The notes beneath the pieces were generated by a model. That model saw only the letters and a list, made by a program, of their open reading frames with translations. It did no database searches and was not told the origin of the DNA. Position numbers and translations under genes: made by a program. A DNA stretch of 64,000 nt from Eledone cirrhosa (taxonomy: Eukaryota), in the NCBI GenBank assembly GCA_964016885.1, contig OZ024757.1, positions 34,100,001 through 34,164,000 on the forward strand. Reading direction: 5' to 3'. Below, piece by piece: positions 24,740 through 37,423 of the stretch (positions within the stretch are counted from its first letter, which is position 1; each line of letters starts with the position of its first letter).

Positions 24740-25927
24740 ATATGAAGTACTAGCGTCCGAGACATTAAGACCCTATTCCTGCTATTTCAAGCGTTAAACT
24801 AATATATTCCTTTCATACACTGTACCATTTGTGTTGTTATTTCTGTTTTACCTTTTACATATATATATATCAATATCATCATCATCGTTTAACATCTATC
24901 TTCCACACTAGCATGGGTTAGACGGGTTTGACTCATTTGAGGCAAGTTGAGTCAGGTGACCGTGTCTCGCTCATATAGGACTGTTTCTGGCTGGTTTTCT
25001 ACGGCTGGATGCCCTACCTAACGCCAACCACATTTACAGTGTTTGCTGGGTGCTTTTTGTTGTGACACCTACATGATCACTTTACAGGGTGGGCTGGATG
25101 TTTTGTGGAAGCAACAGAGTAAGAGTGGTGTGGGTAGAAGTGAGGGGGAAGTCTATGGGGTGTGGGGGTGTATATTGGATTAAGAGGTGCCTACTGGGTG
25201 TAAGTTTAAGTCCATGTGCAAGAGATGGTGAAATGAACAGACCTACTTTTTCTCGAAGAAATTTTTTTCATTTTTGCCCTTTCTCATTCCATTTTTTGAT
25301 GAAGGACTAGGGTCCGAAACGTTAAGACTTTTCGAACTATATTAAGTGTGAAACTAATATATACCTTCATTGCATTTCGTTGTCTGGTGTGTCTTTCTGT
25401 TTACTTTTCACATGCATACAACATCATCATAATTTATCATCCCCTTTCTCTGCTAGCATGGGTTGGACATGTCTACATACACCAAGTCAGTACTGAAGCA
25501 GGGTAGGGTTACCAACATCCCCAACAGGCTGAGGAAGCCTGTATCCCGCTTACGTACAGTCATTATCGAGTGCAAAGATGAAGTTGTTGCATCTTTAGAC
25601 ACCACAAACTGAAGGATCTTCCTAACCCCTTGTTTGGCAAACTATCTATGGCTGAATGCCCTTCCCAACACCAACCACTTTATAGGATACGCTGGGTGCT
25701 TTTATTGTGTAGATCACCAACACTAGGGAGGTTGTCATGTCCTTGACATAACTAAATGGTCCTCCCAACCCTTTGTTTGGCAACCTTTCTATATACATAC
25801 ATATACAGGGTGTCCCCCCAAAATGTATACACACATCAACAGCATTCTACTAAATATTGCCTGTACAGATAATGAAAGTGTGTATACATTTTTTGGGACA
25901 CTCTGCATGTACATATATATATACATA

Positions 25928-26271
25928 CATCATTTCATCATCATTTCATTTTACGTCCGCTTTTCCCTGCTTGCAAGGGTGGGACGGGAACTGATTCTGG
26001 ATTGATTTCTACAGCTGGATGCCCTTCCTAACACCAACCTCATTTACAGTGAGTGCTGGGTGCTTTTTTGCCGTGGCACCTCCACGACCACTTTGCAGTG
26101 GAATGATAGGGACCCCAGTCCCTATCATCTCATTTCTACAGCTGAGTAAACTGGAGCAATGTGAAATAAAGTATCTTGCTCAAGGAAACAACACATCACC
26201 CGGTCTGAGAATTGAACTCACAACCTTTCGATTGCAAGGCTAATGCTCTAACCACTAAGCCATGTGCCTCC
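25928..26271 (-). mobile_element. Full-length young tRNA-derived SINE with RTE-like tail
   Basis: Head with A box (TGGCTTAGTGG) and B box (GAGTTCAATTC); tail ...gcaagcagggaaaagcggacgtaaaa(tga)n. Near-identical copy at 55729-56056; partial copies at 44517-44818 and 63832-64000. Confidence 0.85.
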
Positions 26272-27620
26272 ATATATATATACACACACATATACATATA
26301 TGCACTCACGCACATATATATATATGGATGTGTGGATGTATGAATGTATGTTTACAATTATGGTAGTGAATTGACAGAATCGTTAAAGCATCAGACAAAA
26401 TATCTTGCAGTATCTGACAGCATCCCTTCAAGTTTAGAATTCAATATCCAAATAACCTTCCTCAATAATTGTTTCTACTTTAGGCACAAGGCCAGCAATT
26501 ATCCCAGTGCATTACTGGTACTTTATTTTATCGACCCCCGTAAGGATGAAAGGCAAAGTTAACCTCGGCGGGATTTGAACTCAGATCATAAAGGGACGTA
26601 ACTCTATACTTCAAAGCATGGTGTCCAACTCTCTACCGATACTGCCAATCCACCAATGATGGTAGAGTATGAGTTGAGGGACACATGGCTGCCATTTCCA
26701 GCATATCTGACAACCATTTAGAGGGTTCCTCATTTGGTTTAAGTAGTAATATGTACTTACAAGGAAGGACAATGGCCATTATTAAAGCCAGTCAACTGGG
26801 TGACCTTCACTTGGTGCTGATGGTAGAATATCTATTATTGTATTCTCTTAAAGGCTTCAAGCACTGGTCTCTGGCTATGCTGGGGCACCGCTGTTGTTAT
26901 AGAGATGTTATATTATAGCATTTTACTGTGACATCTAACTACTTCACTTCACTAACACTTGACACAACAGTTCAACAATGAACTCCCAATGAACACACAC
27001 ACACACACACATGAGTGTGTGTGTGTGTGTGTGTGTGTGTATACAGTATATAGAGAAGAAAACACAAAAGGGCATGTTTTCAATTGCGATATATATTTGA
27101 TCATCATCATCATCGTTTAATGTCCATCTTCCACGCTAGCATGGGTTTGGACGGGAATTTTCCCACTTGAGGCAAGATTGGTTGACTTGCTTGTATAGGA
27201 CTGTCTGGCGGGTTTTCTACGGCTGGATGCCCTTCCTAACACCAACCACGTTTACAGTGTGGACTGGGAGGTTTTTACCGCGTTACCTACACGGCCACAT
27301 TACAGCGTGGACTGTGTGTTTTTTTTGTTGTGACACCTACACAACCTCATTTGTTTCGTACTGGATGTTGTGGTACCAACATATCTTTACATTGAAAGGA
27401 GTGGTGTGTATTTGATATATATATATATTTATATATACAATGCGGTCTACCTTTTGTGGTAGGATCTATATACCGTAGTTAGAACTCAATGTAATCCGTT
27501 AGCAAGTAATTCAGTGAGATCCAGAGATTGCAATGCAGTAATGTAGAAGACCTGATCTGACTTGTCCCACAATAGGACAATTCGTCTAGTCTAACCCATG
27601 CTAGCATGAAAAAATGGACA

Positions 27621-27865
27621 TTAACCCTTTAGCATTTACATTACTCTATATTTACTATTGTATTTTCACAGTAAACACTTTTTGTGGTAAAGGCTTTATC
27701 TCACATAATTATCCCACATAATATCGAATCTACGAGATTTTGATATTATTTATTTCGCGAACAATACCTTAACATAAGTATGAGTGGCCAGTTAGGGCCA
27801 GTTTCAATAGAAAGAGGTGAGAGAATTTTGGCCGGATATGGCTGGTTTAAATGCTAAAGGGTTAA
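27621..27865. mobile_element. piggyBac-type MITE (about 240 bp, high copy)
   Basis: TTAA-CCCTTTAGCATTTA…TAAATGCTAAAGGG-TTAA inserted in a SINE tail. Other copies at 2138-2481, 4917-5144, 5912-6839, 12333-12548, about 17614-17850, about 23323-23533, about 37042-37245, 45571-45742, 46078-46506, about 51090-51242 and 59191-59415. Confidence 0.85.
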
Positions 27866-28409
27866 ATGGTGATGATGATGTTCCATATGGGCATGGGTTG
27901 GACAAGTTATTGCAGACCCTTAATTAGAGTTACTGTCCACCTAGATAGACCAGGGGCCATATCTCGGTTCTGTTTGGGATTTAAAGTATACAGAACCCTG
28001 TCAAGTGTTCATGTGTTTCTTGTTTTGTTTTTCAAGTGTTTCTTACTTAAGAGCAACACTAAACTGTAAGTACAGACTTCCTGTATGTTACTTCCTGTGT
28101 CATCTTCACACCAATACATTACACTGGTCACCATAAAACTGACCACCAACACATAACACTGACCACCAGTACATAACACTGACCACACTCAATGTCCAAG
28201 TAATTGCATTCAGTTGTGCAGTGAAAACATGCAGTAAAAATAAGACTTTAGAATGGTGGAGGTGTGGGTAGGGGTGGGGATGAAGATGATTGTGATAATG
28301 ATGATGATGATGATAACGATATTGATGAAAACGTGGTTGTGGTGATAGTGATGGTGGCAATGTGATAATGCGGTGACGGTAGTGGTAGTGATGGTAGTGG
28401 TGGTGTGGT

Positions 28410-29400
28410 GGTATCGGTGGTGATGGTGAGGAGGGCTTAATATGGTGATGGTGGTAGTGGCGATGTGATAATGTAGTATAGGTAGTGGCGGTGTTAGTGA
28501 TGGTGAGGAGGGCTTAATATGGTGATGGTGGTAGTGGTGATGTGATAATGTAGTATAGGTAGTGGCGGTGGTAGTGATGGTGGGGAGGGCTTAATATGGT
28601 GATGGTGGTAGTGGTGATGTGATAATGTAGTATAGGTAGTGGCGGTGGTAGTGATGGTGGGGAGGGCTTAATATGGTGATGGTGGTAGTGGCGATGTGAT
28701 AATGTAGTATAGGTAGTGGCGGTGTTAGTGATGGTGAGGAGGGCTTAATATGGTGATGGTGGTAGTGGTGATGTGATAATGTAGTATAGGTAGTGGCGGT
28801 GGTAGTGATGGTGGGGAGGGCTTAATATGGTGATGGTGGTAGTGGTGATGTGATAATGTAGTATAGGTAGTGGCGGTGGTAGTGATGGTGGGGAGGGCTT
28901 AATATGGTGATGGTGGTAGTGGTGATGTGATAATGTAGTATAGGTAGTGGCGGTGGTAGTGATGGTCGGGAGGGCTTAATATGGTGATGGTGGTAGTGGT
29001 GATGTGATAATGTAGTATAGGTAGTGGCGGTGTTAGTGATGGTGGGGAGGGCTTAATATGGTGATGGTGGTAGTGGTGATGTGATAATGTAGTATAGGTA
29101 GTGGCGGTGGTAGTGATGGTGGGGAGGGCTTAATATGGTGATGGTGGTAGTGGTGATGTGATAATGTAGTATAGGTAGTGGCGGTGGTAGTGATGGTGGT
29201 AGTGGTGATGTGATAATGTAGTATAGGTAGTGGCGGTGTTAGTGATGGTGGGGAGGGCTTAATATGGTGATGGTGGTAGTGGTGATGTGATAATGTAGTA
29301 TAGGTAGTGGCGGTGGTAGTGATGGTGGTAGTGGTGATGTGATAATGTAGTATAGGTCGTGGCGGTGGTAGTGATGGTGGTGGTGGTAGTGCTGGTGGAA
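28410..29400. repeat. 77-bp GGT-rich minisatellite
   Basis: gagggcttaatatgg recurs at 28431, 28508, 28585 and onward, with a 77-bp period. Confidence 0.92.
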
Positions 29401-29968
29401 GTAATGGTGATGGCGATGTGATCATGCGGCGATGGTAATGGTGGGGGCGGTGTTAGTGATGTGGTGGTGGTGGTTGTGGTGATGGTAATGATGATATTGC
29501 CGATGATGAGGATGAAAATGATGATGAAGATGATGATGATGAAAACATGGTGGTAATTATGGTGCCGATGTTAATAAGGATAATGCTGATGATGATATTT
29601 TTAATAATCATAAACAGAAACATTTGCCAAAACAAACAATCAAACAATTTAGCCCAAATATGAAATCTTCAATTAAGGAAAATATAGAAATTATTTCTAA
29701 AATACCTTCTTATTAACACTTAACGAGAACTGTAATCTATTTGCTTGCAGTATATGTAATTATCACATTAACAAAGTATCTTTGGTGTAATTTAATGAGT
29801 AGTGAAAATGTCGAAAAGACATCAGATAAGAAAGAAAAAATATTGTTTTTAATTTTCCATGGCCTCAACATTTACTAATTAGCATTTATATCACAAGTGT
29901 ACACACCCCAGTGTGTATGTATGTATATATTGGTGTCTATAATGTGTACACACATATATATATGTGCA

Positions 29969-30015
<47 letters not shown>

Positions 30016-30723
30016 GTTTGTATGTATGTATGTGTATATATATATATAAATATATACATATGTATGTACTGGTGTCTACACAGACGTATATATATACAAG
30101 CATATATATATATATATATATATATAACAAATAGGGCATAACGCACCAGAGTACTTGATGCTTGGTGTAATAGAGTGTGTAATATATATATACATATATT
30201 TTCCTTAGTGAAGGCGTGTGGCTGAGTGGTTAGAGAATTGGATTCGTAATAGTGAGTTTGTGAGTTTGATTCCCAGACCAGGTGATGCGTTATGTCCTTG
30301 AGCAAGACACTTGATTTCACGTTGTTCCGTCTACCTGGACTTGCGACTGACAGATAGTATTAGCAATTGGAAAGACCAATGGGAACATTGTTTCCTCGGT
30401 CCGATTTGATGAAAGTCGATCAACTGTCGATATTTGCCAGGTAGTGCTATTAAGTTAGGCATGGCCTGTGCCAATACTGGCCGAAAGTTATCAAAGTTGC
30501 ATACATATATACATATATACATATGTGTGTGTGTGTGTGTGTAAATATCTATATATATATATAAATAAGCCTATGTATGCATATATATATATATAAAGTG
30601 TGTGTGTATGTGTGTATGTATATATGGAGCTAGGCAGGTCAGATGACAACTCCTCACTCATACATTACATTTATTTTTGTGTTGGATGGATGCCTTTCCT
30701 AATGCCAACTACTGTAATGTATG

Positions 30724-30760
<37 letters not shown>

Positions 30761-31303
30761 CTTTGATTCTTATATTTCATATAACTGCTCTGTAAATCAT
30801 CTGATGTTTTTACATTGAGCTACTTAACTTACTGGTAATAAGGTAGTAATACATTACTGCCTACCACTATTTAGGGTGTGTGTAAAATGCTTATAACTGC
30901 ATAAGGTTTTGTATTTACATAACCATAAATAGTATAACTAATACTATATATATATATATATATTCGTTTTTGAATTTGTTTTGCGAGATTTCTTATCTGA
31001 AAACGTGTTGAAACAGATATTGTTATCAAGAGAGTGGGACTGGCTTTGTGCAGTGCTTTTGCTCACTATAAAAGCTTCATGGCACAGGCATTGCTTTATA
31101 TCTGGAGATCTCTCTGCACTTGTCGTCACATGGTACCATGGGCCCAGCACTATGTGTCAATAATTGTCACAGGTGTAGTGTTTGTACCAGAGTTTTCAAG
31201 TCGCTGGCTGGACTAAAAAATCACACTCGTTCAGCGCATCGGTAGGGGTTCTCCTACATGGATATAAAGTAGTGGCTGTACTCGAAAACGAGTTGGCAGC
31301 CAC

Positions 31304-31337
<34 letters not shown>

Positions 31338-31529
31338 CATGTATATATACACACACACTTTCTTTTCAAAGGTCATCATTCACTAAGTTTGTTATTTTAA
31401 AAAATGTGTTTCAAGAGAGGAAGTGGTTGGTACATGAGAGAGACAGAAAATAGGAGACAAAAAGACAGAGAGAGAGAGTAAGAAAGATAAAAGATGTAGA
31501 AAATGAATGATAAAGAGAAAAAGAAACAG

Positions 31530-32200
31530 GGAGAGAGGTATGATGAGAGAAGGAGAGAGAAAGAGAGAGAGTGTTGATGGAGAGAGGTATGATGGGAGAA
31601 GGAGAGTGAGAGAGAGAGTGTTGATGGAGAGAGGTATGATGAGAGAAGGAGAGAGAAAGAGAGAGAGTGTTGGTGGAGAGAGGTATGGTGAGAGAAGGAG
31701 AGTGAGAGAGAGAGATAGTGTTGATGGGAAGAGAGAAAGAGAGAGAGTGTTGATGGAGAGATGTATGATGAGAGAAGGAGAGAGAAAGAGAGAGAGTGTT
31801 GATGGAGAGAGGTATGATGAGAGAAGGAGAGAGAAAGAGAGAGAGTGTTGATGGAGAGAGGTATGGTGAGAGAAGGAGAGAGAAAGAGAGAGAGTGTTGA
31901 TGGAGAGAGGTATGATGAGAGGAGGAGAGTGAGAGAGAGAGATAGTGTTGATGGGAAGAGAGAAAGAGAGAGAGTGTTGATGGAGAGAGGTATGGTGAGA
32001 GAAGGAAAGTGAGAGAGAGAGATAGTGTTGATGGGAAGAGAGAAAGAGAGAGCGTGTTGATGGAGAGAGGTATGGTGAGAGAAGGAGAGAGAAAGAGAGA
32101 GAGTGTTGATGGAGAGAGGTATGATGAGAGAAGGAGAGTGAGAGAGAGAGATAGTGTTGATGGGAAGAGAGAAAGAGAGAGAGTGTTGATGGAGAGAGAG
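31530..32200. repeat. GA-rich compound minisatellite
   Basis: Recurring gagtgttgatggagagaggtatg(a/g)tgagagaagg. Confidence 0.9.
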
Positions 32201-32310
32201 ATAAGACAACAGCTATATGATTGATATATTTATATACAAACATTGGCTTGATTAATAAGGACTGGCCGAGAACAATAGACAAGGAGCTAGATATAGTTCT
32301 TTATTTTTTA

Positions 32311-33262
32311 TAGATAGATAGACAGTGACATAGATAGATAGATAGACAGTGACATAGATAGAGAGACAGTGACATAGATAGAGAGACAGTGACATAGATA
32401 GATAGAGAGACAGTGACATAGATAGAGAGACAGTGACATAGATAGAGAGACAGTGACATAGATAGACAGTGACATAGATAGATAGATAGACAGTGACATA
32501 GATAGAGAGACAGTGACATAGATAGAGAGACAGTGACATAGATAGAGAGACAGTGACATAGATAGATAGACAGTGACATAGATAGACAGTGACATAGATA
32601 GAGAGACAGTGACATAGATAGAGAGACAGTGACATAGATAGAGAGACAGTGACATAGATAGATAGACAGTGACATAGATAGATAGACAGTGACATAGATA
32701 GATAGAGAGACAGTGACATAGATAGAGAGACAGTGACATAGATAGAGAGACAGTGACATAGATAGATAGACAATGAGATAGAGAGATTGACAGTGAGATA
32801 GAGAGATTGACAGTGAGATAGAGAGATTGACAGTGAGATAGAGAGATTGACAGTGAGATAGAGAGATTGACAGTGAGATAGATAGATTGACAGTGAGATA
32901 AATAGATTGACAGTGAGATAGATAGATTGACAGTGAGATAGAGAGATTGACAGTGAGATAGAGAGACTGACAGTGAGATAAATAGATTGACAGTGAGATA
33001 GATAGATTGACAGTGAGATAGATAGATTGACAGTGAGATAGAGAGATTGACAGTGAGATAGATATGTTTCTTTATTAGCCACAGGGGCACAAAAGAAGGG
33101 GACAAATACAAAGGGGGAATTTTACATACAATAAAAACGTGTAAAATAGATACATTGACAGTAAGATAGATAGATAGACAGTGACATAGATAGAGAGACA
33201 GTGAGATAGATAGAGAGACAGTGAGATAGATAGATAGAGAGACAGTGAGATAGATAGACAAT
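32311..33262. repeat. About 20-bp GATA/GACA-based satellite
   Basis: Units gacagtgacatagatagaga, then gattgacagtgagatagaga. Confidence 0.92.
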
Positions 33263-36200
33263 GGGGTAGATAAGCAGTAAAACCATGTCTAATTTTATTA
33301 TAAAAAAACTGCCCATGTTAAAATATTCATATTATAACGTAAATAAGACTACTATGGCTATAATCAATCAACAAACACCCAGGAGCTGAACGCCGACCTG
33401 TACTCCTGCCAAACCAAACTGTACTCACCCTCCAAATTTGGCATTATATTATACATAATGGTGAAAGGGACCCAACCTTTAAGTATCTTCATATCAAAGT
33501 CATTGCCATCATCACTTATATTAAAACCTTCCATCATAATTTTATTTAAGAACTTTTTGTCAATGTTTTAAACATCAACTTACTAATGAAAACTCAGTTA
33601 TTTTACTAAATTCCTCCAATTTTCTTTTTTTTTCTTCTTCACCCACTTATTCCTGAGAGAGTCATGGGGACAGAGTCCTCAAACACAATATTATGATTGT
33701 AAGTCCTACACCTTTATCACTAGGCCTCACACCCCCAAACAGACACCAGTAGATATATCTAACTAAACCTTTCAAACTCAAATATGAATTATATTTCATC
33801 ATCATCTTCTTCGTTCACTTATTCTTGAGAGGGTCATGGGGTCAGAGTCCTCAAACACTCCCTCCAGCAGGTCCTGTCAGAAGCAACCATCTCAAATTGA
33901 TCTGGCTGGATCTCCAAGTCAAGCTCATGGATGTTATCCAACCATCTTGCTCGGGGTCTACTCTGGGTGTCCTACTTGTTGGTTTTGCCTGTAAAATCTG
34001 TCCAGCGATTCCTTCCTGAGACATTCTAACCACATGCCGATTTTTTTTTTGTTTTCAATTTTCAAAATGAATTGAAATACCTTGGCTGTGTATTTCATTA
34101 GAAATGCAATCACAAAAGGGTTAAACAATGCTTTTTCCAGATTAGTAAATATAACCCTAAAGAGATAAATAAATGTATCACATGCCACTGAATAGTTATT
34201 CTTTAGGTTTAGGGATGTTGTTCAGTTCTTTAGTAATAACAATAGGTTTTGTTTGCTATTGTAGAAAAAGTTTGACATTTGATACATGTGAGTCTATTTA
34301 AATCAATACAAAACTATAGTGATTCTCTAACTACACAACTAACAGTATAATTACTCTGGCATTTTACTCAGACTTCCTACATCAAATATAATGTGATGTA
34401 GCTATAATATGAAATACTAACATCAGCTCAATCTGTTATTTCATTTATTTGTGTATTTCTAGTCAAGATGAAAAGAATATATATTTTTTTAAATTTGCAT
34501 ATAAATTTATACAGAAACAGTAATCATAGGAGCTATTAACCCATTTGATACCAAACTGTCTGAAACCAACATGGATTTATAATACAAAACTGTTCATTTA
34601 AAAATATTTATCCTTATACCATTCAACCTACACTTTCAAATGGTTGTGCTGGTGTCATGATAATATGCACCCAGGCCATGCTGTAATGTGGTAGTGTTGA
34701 TGTCATAATGATATGCTGGTGTCATGATATAATGTACCAAGCCCACACTGTCAAGTGGTAGTGCTGATTTCACAGTAAAAAGCACCAAATCAACCCTGTA
34801 ATGTGGTAGTGCTGGTGTAATGATAAAAAGCACTAGCCCACACCGTCAGGTGGGGTAATGCTTGTGTCATGATAAAATGCACCCAGCCCAGTCTGTAATG
34901 TGGTAGTGTTGGCAACACAACAAAAAGCACCCAGTTGACCCTGTAATTTGGTAGTACTGGTGACAACAAAAAGCACCCAGTTGACTCTGTAATGTGGTAG
35001 TGTTAGTGCTATAAGAATACAAACCCAGTACTCACTGTGAAATGTTTAGAGTTAATCCTATTCAATAGCATTTTATTTCTAATATCATCACCATCATCAT
35101 CATTTGTAACAGCATTATCATTAACATCAGCATCATCACTAATATCTTTACCATTACCATCATCTCTACTATCACCATCACTAACATCATTACCACTCCA
35201 ATCACCTCTAACATTACCATCATCATTGCTCTTACTATCATCTTTAACAGCATCATCACTCTTACCATCATCACCATCACTCTTACCATCATCACCATCA
35301 CTTGTAATACCACCATCATCATTAACATCATCACCATCACTTCTACACTTACCATCACCACTACCAACCCCACCACTACCATCACCACTACATTATCACT
35401 ATCATCACTACCATCACCATCACCTCTACCCCCACCACCCTTACCACCCCCATCCACCCTGCCACTACCATCACCATCAATATCCTCCTGGCCATCACAA
35501 GCAACAATAGTTTCTTCTGTCTATTTTACTTTCCAAGTAAGGATTAGCCAACAGGTTTTTATCAGTTACAAACATCACATCTCAATATATTTGTTCTTTA
35601 CAAATTAAATCACCCCCAATATCTACCCTCACCTCTACTGCTACCCAATTGGATGGTAGACTTAATATATATATAATGATGATGATGATCTCTCCAAATT
35701 ACAACACTCTACCGCCATCTCTACCCAATTGTGTGGTAGACTTTATATAATGGTTTCTGAAATAGGCACAAGGCCAGCAATTTGAGGGAAGAAGAAAGTC
35801 AATTAAATCGACCCGCCGTGTGTGACTGGTACAGTATTTTATTGACCCCGTAAGGATGAAAGGCAAAGTTAACCTCGGCAGGATTTGAACTCAGAATGTA
35901 AAGGGCCACCGATTCTGCCAATTCACCGACTTAATATATATATATAATGATGATGATGATGATCTTTCCAAATTACACTACCCCACCTCCATCTCTACCC
36001 AATTGGGTGATAGACTTAATATATATGATGATGATGATTTCTCCAAATTACACTAACCCACCCATTTGGGTGGTAAAATGGTAAAGACCTCCTTCAGTCA
36101 CGAATGACCATGGGATTTGCATCTAGAAAGTTTCCCTCTGAGGTAGAAGTTTGGGCGAGGTGTTTGTGGAAGACCAGCATATCAACCTCCCCTCTCCACG

Positions 36201-36691
36201 CCACCAATGTTGTCCAAGGGAAAGGCAATGGCCGATACAGCTCGGCGCCAGTGACATCACAACTCACTTCTACAGTTGAATAAACTGAAACAACGTGAAA
36301 TAAAGTATCTTGCTCAAAGACACAACACATCACCTGATCCGAGAACCGAACTTACAAGCTCTCAATTGCAAGCCCAATGCTCTAACCATTAAGCCATTTG
36401 GGTAGTAGACTTAATATATATGATGATGATGTTCCCGCCAAATTACACTACTCCATCCATTGCTACCCGATCGGGTGGTAGACTAAATATACATGAGGGT
36501 GGGCTAAAACGTTCATGGGCTGACTATGAAGGAGTGATACGAGAAATGTTGCAGGCATTCATTTCAACTTTTCTTATTAATAACTGCATTGTTTCTTTCC
36601 AGGGACTATGTTGAAAAATAAACCTCATTTGGTCATTCCATGAGAGTATCTTGATCAGATTTAATAAACAACTAAGGGTTTGTATACTTAC

Positions 36692-36788
36692 GATTTAGTA
36701 TATTTATGTGTCATACAACCATATGGCTGCCAGGTACTATATCCAGGGAATCGGCCATCACTCAGTAGCCATTTGCAAGAATCGTTGC
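36692..36788 (-). CDS. CASD1: CASD1 exon 2 (GNDSCKWLLSDGRFPGYSTWQPYGCMTHKYTK)
   Basis: ttacag| acceptor, |gtaagt donor. Matches GNDSCEYLLSSGRF...WQPHSCMMHKY. Not in the ORF track. Confidence 0.95.
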
Positions 36789-37322
36789 CTGTAAGAAAGA
36801 TATCAAATTTAGTACAATAAAAATTTTGCAGTCTATAAGAGATTAGATATTATCAACCAATTTATTTGGAGTAATGTCTTCAACTTGATTGTTATAGTTC
36901 CAATATTTCAGCTGTTACACCCCTGCCCTTATTAGATGTCAGTCAGATATATTTAGACTAGTGTCTTCAACTTGGTTGTTATAGTCCCAATATTTCAGCT
37001 GTTGTACCCCTTGCCCTTATTTTTGTGTCTGTCATATATATTTAGTCCTTTAGCATTTAAACCAGCCGTATCCAGCCACAATTCTCTCACTTCTTTCTGT
37101 TCAAACTGGCTGCTCATACTTATGTTAAGGCATTGTTCTCAAAATAAATAATTTCAAAATCTCATAAATTCGATATTATGTGAGATAAAGCTTTTACCAT
37201 GAAAATACAATAGTATATATAGAGTAATGTAAATGTTAAAGGATTATCCTCAACTTGGTTGTTATAGTCCTAACATTTTGGCTGTTGTACCCCAACCCTT
37301 ATTCAAGTGTCAATCATATATA

Positions 37323-37423
37323 CAGGGTGTCCCCCAAAAATATATATACACTTCAACAGCATTCTAATAAATATTGCCTGAACAAGTAATCAAAGTGTGT
37401 ATACATTTTGGGGAGACACCCTG
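37323..37423. mobile_element. About 100-bp Tc1/mariner-type MITE
   Basis: TA-cagggtgtccccc…gggagacaccctg-TA. Other copies at about 25806-25905 and 44390-44490. Confidence 0.8.

Noticed and set aside
26190-26271. tRNA-like sequences with A and B boxes (many copies)
   Set aside because: They are SINE heads continuing into SINE bodies and lack a proper acceptor stem.
31392-33261. ORFs of 150-317 aa rich in Ser/Leu/His
   Set aside because: Translations of GA-rich and GATA-type satellites.
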